This document shows, piece after piece, positions 57,506 to 64,000 of a stretch of 64,000 bases of DNA. Under the pieces are notes generated by a model. The model worked only from the letters and a program-made list of their open reading frames with translations, was not told the DNA's origin and ran no database searches. This stretch comes from a virus. How positions within the stretch are numbered: the first letter of the stretch is position 1; each line of letters starts with the position of its first letter. A program made the translations under genes and the position numbers. The DNA is taken from positions 114,430-178,429 of the IMG/VR virus record IMGVR_UViG_3300012953_000001, one strand, 5' to 3'.

Positions 57506-57736
57506 TTGAAAATGAGAGAGACTAACTCTGTTTACGAAGAGAAGCCTTTAACTGTGTACCTAGGAGAAAGCGGTACGCCTCATGATACGAGTCGTATTGA
57601 TATTCTCCCTAATGAAAAGGTCGTTAGTGACCGAAGAATTTCTGTCTCGGTAAGCAATCGCGGTATTACAATTACCGATATTGAAAACCAGATAACCTTA
57701 ATGAGTGTGAACTTTAATGACCTACCGAGTAAGTGA
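57506..57736 (+). CDS. hypothetical protein
   Basis: 76 aa. Confidence 0.5.
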   Translation: MKMRETNSVYEEKPLTVYLGESGTPHDTSRIDILPNEKVVSDRRISVSVSNRGITITDIENQITLMSVNFNDLPSK

Positions 57737-57941
57737 TGAAGAGCTTGGCTGTATGCTCCAAGAAGTAAGAAATACAAGCCCGAGCGTATCAACGTTCACC
57801 ATGTCCTTGAGGCAGGCCCGTGCGCTAATTGAAGAAGCAAGCAGAGGCCGCACAAGAACCTTAGATAAAAACAAGCAAATAGACGTATACGATCTCTCTG
57901 CCGGAACCATGGCTGTATGGGGAGGGGACGATACTGAATAG
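57717..57941 (+). CDS. hypothetical protein
   Basis: 74 aa. Confidence 0.5.
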   Translation: MTYRVSDEELGCMLQEVRNTSPSVSTFTMSLRQARALIEEASRGRTRTLDKNKQIDVYDLSAGTMAVWGGDDTE

Positions 57942-57950
57942 GAGAATAAG

Positions 57951-58505
57951 ATGCCTAATTGGTGTAACAACTCAATTTATATAGAAGGGCCAGCAGAGAA
58001 GCTGGCCTTTTTTATTTCCGCGCTTGAAGATAAAAAGGGGGACGGAGTCCTGTCCTCCTTCTTTCCAATGCCAGACTCTAAAATTCAACAGCTGTCAGAA
58101 AGTGAGGAGTGCTTCCTGCACGACATCCGGAGACAGATGGGCAAAGAGCCAGAAGAGGTAAAGCTCGATGAAGCTTGGTACTTCTGGCGCGTACATAACT
58201 GGGGCACCAAATGGGACGTGCCTTTCGATGATGCAAGCTGGGACTTACATGGGGAGTGCCTGTCTCTGAGTTTTGATACCGCTTGGAGTCCGCCCATTGG
58301 TTGGTTAACAACCGTGGCACTACTAAACCCGAACCTAGATTTCACAATAGAGTACAGCGAAATGGGCTGTTGGTTCGCGGGTAAACACACATGGAAAGGT
58401 GGAAGCCTTGCAGAATCCAAGGAAGGTGAACCTGATGAGTTCGATTTCTGTGAGGATGAAGTTGCTTTCATAAAAGAGGCGAACGAGGAGGAAGAGAATG
58501 AGTAA
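57951..58505 (+). CDS. DUF1281/YubB ferredoxin-like domain protein
   Basis: MPNWCNN..WR..NWGTKWD..FDTAWSPP. Confidence 0.8.
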   Translation: MPNWCNNSIYIEGPAEKLAFFISALEDKKGDGVLSSFFPMPDSKIQQLSESEECFLHDIRRQMGKEPEEVKLDEAWYFWRVHNWGTKWDVPFDDASWDLHGECLSLSFDTAWSPPIGWLTTVALLNPNLDFTIEYSEMGCWFAGKHTWKGGSLAESKEGEPDEFDFCEDEVAFIKEANEEEENE

Positions 58506-58767
58506 TGAAACAAATACAGATACTCAAGAAAATGATCACGAAACGAAAAAAGTTTTAGAGTTCGGGCAACTGCTTGAAACCAAAGGAGTTTTTTCTAGAA
58601 AATATGATTTACCAGAATTAGAAAAGCTGTATTACGCAGCAAAACAGGTACACAAGCATTTGTGCACTCTGGACAAGAGCTACTACACAGAAGCCAGGGA
58701 CGTTAAGCTCATATCGCTGGCTAACGCATACGCAGAGGGGCACTCTGGTTTGCGCCAGTTAGAGTAG
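58498..58767 (+). CDS. hypothetical protein
   Basis: 89 aa. Confidence 0.55.
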   Translation: MSNETNTDTQENDHETKKVLEFGQLLETKGVFSRKYDLPELEKLYYAAKQVHKHLCTLDKSYYTEARDVKLISLANAYAEGHSGLRQLE

Positions 58768-58785
58768 CTTAAACGGAGGATACCT

Positions 58786-59112
58786 ATGAAGAAGCTATTG
58801 AAAATTTTAACCATCACTGGCCTTTTCGGGCTTATTGTTGGCGCTGGTGTTGGGGCAGGGATGTACTTCGATTACATCGAAACCCCAGATAACATCGCTA
58901 AGCTTGCTAGTGATGCTAATGAGTCCTGGCATGATCGTTTCGTGGCTGATAACTGCGAAAGATGTCCTGAATGCTGTGTCACAACGCTATGGGATTCCAT
59001 CGAAGCTGAGGTCGAGCCAGACGCAGGTCCTAGCGAAGATGCAGGCCCCAGCAAGGACGCATCCGAGTCAGATGCTAGTGGAGCGGACGCTGCCGAAGCA
59101 GACGCCAAATAA
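58786..59112 (+). CDS. membrane-anchored protein with CxxCxxCC and DA(G/S) repeats
   Basis: N-terminal TM helix, CERCPECC, acidic DAGPSE-like tail. Confidence 0.6.
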   Translation: MKKLLKILTITGLFGLIVGAGVGAGMYFDYIETPDNIAKLASDANESWHDRFVADNCERCPECCVTTLWDSIEAEVEPDAGPSEDAGPSKDASESDASGADAAEADAK

Positions 59113-59126
59113 CAGTAGGAGCTAAA

Positions 59127-59435
59127 GTGAAACGGTCATTACCAAAATCAATCTCAATAGGCGGACACACACTCAAAGTATTGCGCAAGAGGGGATTGCT
59201 TGATGACCACGACGCTTATGGAATGTTCGATGGTGTAGACTTAACAATAACCATCGACGAAAGCCTGACCAACACCATGGCATGGGAGACCCTATGGCAT
59301 GAAGTTATTGAGGCCATTAACTTCTTCTCAGAAGCTGAGATGGAGCATAAGAGTATTCAGGTATTTGGTTTGCTTCTTCACCAAACTATAAATTCGATCT
59401 TTACTGAAAAACGTAGTAAGAAGAAGACAACGTAA
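59127..59435 (+). CDS. small phage metallopeptidase-like protein (HExxE variant)
   Basis: YG.FD....I.ID..ETLWHEVIEAI. Confidence 0.55.
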   Translation: MKRSLPKSISIGGHTLKVLRKRGLLDDHDAYGMFDGVDLTITIDESLTNTMAWETLWHEVIEAINFFSEAEMEHKSIQVFGLLLHQTINSIFTEKRSKKKTT

Positions 59436-59490
59436 AGTATTCAAGTATAATAACTTTACGTAAAGTATTACGAGTAATAGGATACTACCT

Positions 59491-59922
59491 ATGACACCAC
59501 ATCTAGACACCGGACGAATTGTCCATAAACCTTCCCCAATCCAGGGGACTGGAACGTTTAGTAGTCGTGGACACCAAGCAAATGAGCATCTGGGTGTTGG
59601 TCTCGTAAAACTCAGGAACACCGGTAACGCGTACAAGGATTTTTACCAGACCCGAATCGGTGACTATCTCAACCACTCCCCTAAGCCAAACATTGGGTTG
59701 AGACAAAAGGGAAACCAACTACACGTCCACACACTAAGAAATGTATCCCCTGGTGAAGAAATGGTTGCTGACTACAGAGAGCCATTGTCACCAGTAAAAA
59801 ACGAAGTGACACCTGAATGGGATAGGGCCGCAATGGCCGCTATGTCTAAGAAAGCCTCTGTTGCTATGCAGAAGTCTCTCTTGGCGCTCCTTCTCAGGAA
59901 CAACATTACTACTGTAATATAA
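59491..59922 (+). CDS. SET-domain lysine methyltransferase
   Basis: SPIQGTGTF, YLNHSPKPN and PGEEMVADY SET motifs. Confidence 0.85.
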   Translation: MTPHLDTGRIVHKPSPIQGTGTFSSRGHQANEHLGVGLVKLRNTGNAYKDFYQTRIGDYLNHSPKPNIGLRQKGNQLHVHTLRNVSPGEEMVADYREPLSPVKNEVTPEWDRAAMAAMSKKASVAMQKSLLALLLRNNITTVI

Positions 59923-59948
59923 CGCGAGGAGCTTCTTACCGAGTGGAT

Positions 59949-59976
59949 GCAAAAAGTAATATTACTACGGTATAAT
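59949..59976 (+). promoter_or_regulatory. phage promoter-like motif GCAAAA-N14-GGTATAAT
   Basis: Directly precedes the structured non-coding region. Confidence 0.55.
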
Positions 59977-59980
59977 ATAC

Positions 59981-60375
59981 TTGGTAGAATCAAACATACG
60001 TAAATCCAATTGACCGTGAAACCGAGCGTACCGGAGGAATCGCCATTGTCCTAGGCAGAATGGTAGAACTCGTCAGGGCTTATGACACTGTATTGGATAG
60101 TATGATTTGGAACTACCAGCTGCCTGTGGCCAGTCCTCTTCGGAGGGAGTCGCAGTGACCGCCGGGAAAAGACCGCTCTCAGAGTAAGCAGACTTCAGTG
60201 TAAATCCAGAGTTGGTTTCACCATTGTTTCTGTAGTTTGCTTGGCTAGGTTGGCCCGCCAAAACAGGGCCTTGAAGCCCATAGTTTCGCATAGAATGGGG
60301 GTCCTAATAAAGGACTCATAAACTGGTCTATGCGTTCTACGGGAGGCAACTTTCAACGTACGGCGGAGGATTTTT
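59981..60375 (+). ncRNA. ~390-nt structured leader/ncRNA upstream of the transglycosylase
   Basis: Nested helices TGGTAG/CTACCA, CATAC/GTATG and ATCCAAT/ATTGGAT; C(UUCG)G hairpin; further hairpins; no plus-strand ORF. Confidence 0.55.
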
Positions 60376-61002
60376 ATGAGGAGAACGTTTCAAACAGTAA
60401 TCATCTTGGCTTCTACACTGCTACTGACCAGTCCAGCAATATCGCAGGACGCGAAGAGGTATAGTGGGTCAGGAAGAAAGCCACCAAAGTCTTTGAGTGA
60501 ACGGCACATAAAGCAAATAAAAGAACTATTACCACTAATACCTAGTACGTTTAATCCGTACGAAATAGTGGGACTAGGGATGGTTGAGTCTAGCCTAACG
60601 CCCCGAGCTATAAGTCATACGGGCGACTATGGGCTCATGCAGGTAAACTGTAGGATTCACCGAAAACGCTTAAAAACTGTATTCGGATTCAATGACTGTG
60701 AGAAGGACATGCTTGTCGTAGAAAATAATATGAAAGCATCGCTCTTGTTGATTGAACTCTTCCGAAAGAAATACAGGCAATGCCGTGGGAGTCGTGTGTA
60801 CTCTTGTTACAACGGAGGCCAAGGATGGAAAGTCGTTCAAAATCGCTGTTTGAAAAAGTGCTCCTCAGAAAAGCAATGCCGAAAATGCACTAGGCCAGCA
60901 CGCTACGCTGATAGTGTTAAAAGACATATTCGTTTCCTGAAAAGGAAGTATAGCGACCTATTTAAAAATCATCCCTCTTTGGGCAGTAAGCCAGCGCAAT
61001 AA
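60376..61002 (+). CDS. lytic transglycosylase (SLT domain) with signal peptide
   Basis: MVESS..P.A.S..GDYGLMQVN, N.....L, YNGG. Confidence 0.85.
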   Translation: MRRTFQTVIILASTLLLTSPAISQDAKRYSGSGRKPPKSLSERHIKQIKELLPLIPSTFNPYEIVGLGMVESSLTPRAISHTGDYGLMQVNCRIHRKRLKTVFGFNDCEKDMLVVENNMKASLLLIELFRKKYRQCRGSRVYSCYNGGQGWKVVQNRCLKKCSSEKQCRKCTRPARYADSVKRHIRFLKRKYSDLFKNHPSLGSKPAQ

Positions 61003-61010
61003 GAGGATGG

Positions 61011-61370
61011 ATGACTAACATGAAAAGTGACCGCACAGGTCGAGAAGAATTTAATGCTCTTCTAAACCAAGTGCTACAAAAACGTAAACATATAGATAAC
61101 GCTTCTCACAACGGCTGGACCATAGATTGCTATGTAGGGCACAGACCGAGTAAGGAGCAGGCAAACGTGTCTCAAATTGAGTACTCCGCGTATGCTAAAA
61201 CTGGCGATTTGTCTTCTAGTCAAATGCCAGAATTGTCCGATACCCCACGAGCCATTCGTGTAGATTTTGATGACACATCAGTTGTAACCCTCGTATCCGA
61301 TACAAAAGAAGGTATTACGAGCAAGCTACAGCTTATTTTCCAGGGATTCTCCTGGGACAAAGGGATCTAA
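61011..61370 (+). CDS. hypothetical protein
   Basis: 119 aa. Confidence 0.6.
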   Translation: MTNMKSDRTGREEFNALLNQVLQKRKHIDNASHNGWTIDCYVGHRPSKEQANVSQIEYSAYAKTGDLSSSQMPELSDTPRAIRVDFDDTSVVTLVSDTKEGITSKLQLIFQGFSWDKGI

Positions 61371-61375
61371 CAATC

Positions 61376-61870
61376 ATGCAGAATGCAGATTATCTTCAAG
61401 AACAGTTGAACTCCGCTACTACAGCGCGAGACTCCTTTGTTGCCTCTATGGGCAACGACTACAGCCGAGGCAACCTCGACCGACTGCAAGCTTTGCAGCA
61501 GCAGGTCAACGAGGCACAGTCTCGTTTCGATTCCGCTAATGCTAGCAATGGCAGCAACGGTAGTAATGGTGTCGCTTACGCGACCGCAACTCCGCAGGCT
61601 AATGTTGCTGCGGCTAACATGACCGTTGTGACTCTTATCCGAAACGGTAAGAGTGACCGCTGTCTAGAGGTTCGTGCTGACGCGACTCTGGGCGAGATTG
61701 TGGGTACTCTCAACACACAAGAAGGTGGTTGGGATATCCGTAACTTGACCTTCAAGCGTCGAGTAGGACCCGGCCAGACGGCTGATATTACGGACCCTAA
61801 CAGCGCCACTCTTGGCGAAGGTCCGCACGAGATTTGGGTTGGGAACAAGGTCGCTGGCGGAAACGCTTAA
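61376..61870 (+). CDS. coiled-coil + ubiquitin-like (beta-grasp) protein ending GG-N-A
   Basis: N-terminal Q/A-rich helix; VVTLIRNG..LEV..ATLGEI..; C-terminus KVAGGNA; upstream of E2 and JAB. Confidence 0.6.
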   Translation: MQNADYLQEQLNSATTARDSFVASMGNDYSRGNLDRLQALQQQVNEAQSRFDSANASNGSNGSNGVAYATATPQANVAAANMTVVTLIRNGKSDRCLEVRADATLGEIVGTLNTQEGGWDIRNLTFKRRVGPGQTADITDPNSATLGEGPHEIWVGNKVAGGNA

Positions 61871-61921
61871 GCGGTCTCCAAAACAAATCCTCGTTATAAA
61901 TTAATCTAATAACGAGATATG

Positions 61922-61956
61922 GCGAGGGCCCCTTCGGGGGCCTTCGCTATTTTTTT
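61922..61956 (+). terminator. intrinsic terminator between Ubl and E2 genes
   Basis: GCGAGGGCCCC-UUCG-GGGGCCUUCGC plus UAUUUUUUU. Confidence 0.8.
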
Positions 61957-61968
61957 GTGGAGCTTCCA

Positions 61969-63081
61969 ATGGCAACTGCAACAGCAAAGAATTACGTATT
62001 TGACCTCACTAATGACGACGAACTAATAGCCTCACAACTACAGAAGATCGTCACCGACACTAACCGGTTTGAGGCTAAAGAGCTTATCCGACTATCAACC
62101 CAGCTGAACCGCGAAAACGCTTCAGAGCGTATGCACAACGGTAAGCTATCTAAGCGTGCTGAAATATATGAGCGGGCCAAGACAAGGTTGACAGCAAAAG
62201 AGAAAGAGTACGAGAAGGCACGCTACCGTGCTCGTCAGGCACGCGGCAAGATGATGGATCGAACTTCCAAGTCTGCTGCTGCAAGAGAGCGGGCCTCACA
62301 TTGTGAGCGAAGAATCTCTGAGATCAAAGCTCGCATGATGAGAAGTGAGGAACTCTATCAGGAAGACGCGTTTGAAAGACGTGCTCTGATGATCCGATTT
62401 GTTGAAAGTCTAATCAACACCGAACAGCCTATTAAGCTTGAGAGCTACGGTGAGAGACTAACCCTAAGTTGGGAGACTAACGACGTATATATTAAAGATG
62501 GATTTGGCGGTTTTCTGGACCACTGTTTTGGCAGATTCCACGTATCAGTAGTATTCACGCAACGCCCTACAGGAAACTCTATTGATGTGTACTGTCGGAC
62601 AAGATCTACTACAGAAGAAAACTTTCGTAGAGGGTACCCACACCCCCACCTAAACTATAGCTCAGGTCATGCTTGTCTAGGGAATTTGGCCCCAAGGCTT
62701 ATTCACGGCATGGGTGATAAAGATGTCGCTTCAGTTATTCAGGATGTCTCAGAATTTCTGATGCACTACAACAAAGAGAACCCCTACGTTCGCTTAGAAG
62801 AATGGATTCCTAATAGATGGGATAACCCTATTTGTGAATCTAACGAACACCTTCTAGCTGATTGTACCTGCCCTCGGTGTAGCACCTGTGGGTCTATCTT
62901 TGAAGAGTCTGACCTAAGCGACTGCGGAAGCTGCCACAGTTGCTGCATGGTCAACCATATACATAGTCCAGACACAGAAGGTATCAACGGATCAAGTTGT
63001 ATTGAGCGAAGCGAGTATAACGCTCGTGTTCGGGAAAACAGCGTTTCTGAGGGTACAGAGAATCAGACAGGAGTAGTGTAA
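61969..63081 (+). CDS. coiled-coil + prokaryotic E2-like (UBC) domain + Cys/His cluster
   Basis: YPHPHL..SGHACLG active-site pattern; C-terminal 10 Cys/4 His. Confidence 0.7.
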   Translation: MATATAKNYVFDLTNDDELIASQLQKIVTDTNRFEAKELIRLSTQLNRENASERMHNGKLSKRAEIYERAKTRLTAKEKEYEKARYRARQARGKMMDRTSKSAAARERASHCERRISEIKARMMRSEELYQEDAFERRALMIRFVESLINTEQPIKLESYGERLTLSWETNDVYIKDGFGGFLDHCFGRFHVSVVFTQRPTGNSIDVYCRTRSTTEENFRRGYPHPHLNYSSGHACLGNLAPRLIHGMGDKDVASVIQDVSEFLMHYNKENPYVRLEEWIPNRWDNPICESNEHLLADCTCPRCSTCGSIFEESDLSDCGSCHSCCMVNHIHSPDTEGINGSSCIERSEYNARVRENSVSEGTENQTGVV

Positions 63082-64000
63082 TGAAGGTTACAACAAAGCC
63101 TACAGTGCGCTTCACGCAAAAAGCGTATCAACAGATGTTCGCTCTTACGGATGCATGCCCAATCGAAATTTCGGCAATGGGTGTTCTCGCTACAGACGAG
63201 CAAAGAAATGAATGGGGAATTGATGAGGAGTTCTACGTACTAGACTTCCATGTTCCAGATCAAGAATGTACCGGTGGTAGCACGATCATGGAGACAGACT
63301 CATATGCTGACCTGTCTTTGGAGCTTCGTGACCAAGGAATTAAACCAGAGCAAGTCTGCGTTTGGTGGCACAGCCACGTAAACATGGGCGTTGGTCACTC
63401 TGGTACTGATGAGAGGCAAATTGAAGACTTTGGCTTCGACGAAGTCTGCATCAGCATCATCACTAATAAAAGACGAGAGATTAATGTTCGAGTAGATATC
63501 TTTTCACCTGTTCGTTATTCCTTTGAGGGATGCGCGTATGCAGTTGATCAGGTTAGTATTCTAGACGACGGTTGGGCTAAAGAGATGGTTGATAACCATG
63601 TCACTAAGCCTGCTCCCGTTCGGATGAACGTCAGTAAGAAGTCTACTAAGACTACAGGTAAGGGCTACTATGGTTCTTACGTGGGAAACCTAAACGGGGT
63701 CAATGGTCATCACTGGAACAACTGGTCCGGAGACGACGACTACATCGGATGGGACGCAAAAGACGACGACGAAAAAGAAGAAAAGGTTGAAGTGCTTGCA
63801 GAAGAGGAAGAGTCAATCGACCTTTGTCTCCCGCACGAGCTAGAAGAGCTTCAAGAGTTATTCGATGATCAAATCATAAGTTTTAGTGAGGTCCTTGACT
63901 ACCATGCAAAGTGGTACGCCAAAGAGCTTAGTATTGAGGAGATTACCGACGAACTCAGCCAACTCTACTATGACACCTACAAAGGCCGTGGGTACGTAGA
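63081..64000 (+). CDS. JAB/JAMM metalloprotease (3' truncated)
   Basis: TAATG overlap; hand translation gives EISAMG..WWHSHVNMGVGHSGTD (E..HxH-x7-S-x2-D); open to the window edge. Confidence 0.85.
   Translation, partial: MKVTTKPTVRFTQKAYQQMFALTDACPIEISAMGVLATDEQRNEWGIDEEFYVLDFHVPDQECTGGSTIMETDSYADLSLELRDQGIKPEQVCVWWHSHVNMGVGHSGTDERQIEDFGFDEVCISIITNKRREINVRVDIFSPVRYSFEGCAYAVDQVSILDDGWAKEMVDNHVTKPAPVRMNVSKKSTKTTGKGYYGSYVGNLNGVNGHHWNNWSGDDDYIGWDAKDDDEKEEKVEVLAEEEESIDLCLPHELEELQELFDDQIISFSEVLDYHAKWYAKELSIEEITDELSQLYYDTYKGRGYV

Noticed and set aside
59981-60375. c-di-AMP/c-di-GMP riboswitch or group I intron
   Set aside because: The consensus elements could not be matched; kept only as an unassigned structured RNA.

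Overview
This 64-kb window reads as part of a large (jumbo-type) tailed dsDNA phage genome in the standard code, with dense tandem ORFs and TAATG/ATGA overlaps. It has no rRNA, CRISPR array or integrase. 1-16.7 kb (minus): tail/baseplate block with a truncated >890-aa hub-like protein, a tube-fold baseplate protein, a 1386-aa tape-measure-like protein, a CHAP lysin, an Hc1-like protein and a run of basic proteins sharing an N-terminal LEK-x-A leader. 16.7-30.7 kb (mostly plus): accessory genes including a CCA-adding enzyme, Ro60/TROVE preceded by two Y-RNA-like structured RNAs, a 22-aa metallothionein-like peptide, a phosphatase and patatin. 31-37.3 kb (minus): core/late genes, including a tail-chaperone-like gene with a predicted -1 frameshift, an amidase and an HD hydrolase. 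37.4-51 kb: small hypotheticals, an ART-like protein, a phosphoesterase and a class II RNR. 51.8-55 kb: four tRNAs (one tRNA-Ile with two tandem anticodon arms, UAU and GAU), a ~370-nt ornate ncRNA, an AAA_33 kinase, NYN-like and macro-like proteins. 55-64 kb: an ART-like cargo protein, a SET domain, a structured leader plus lytic transglycosylase, and a Ubl-E2-JAB module running off the right edge. A recurrent GCAAAA-N14/15-GGYATAAG motif precedes many operons. All protein calls come from motif recognition by eye; no database search or folding program was run.
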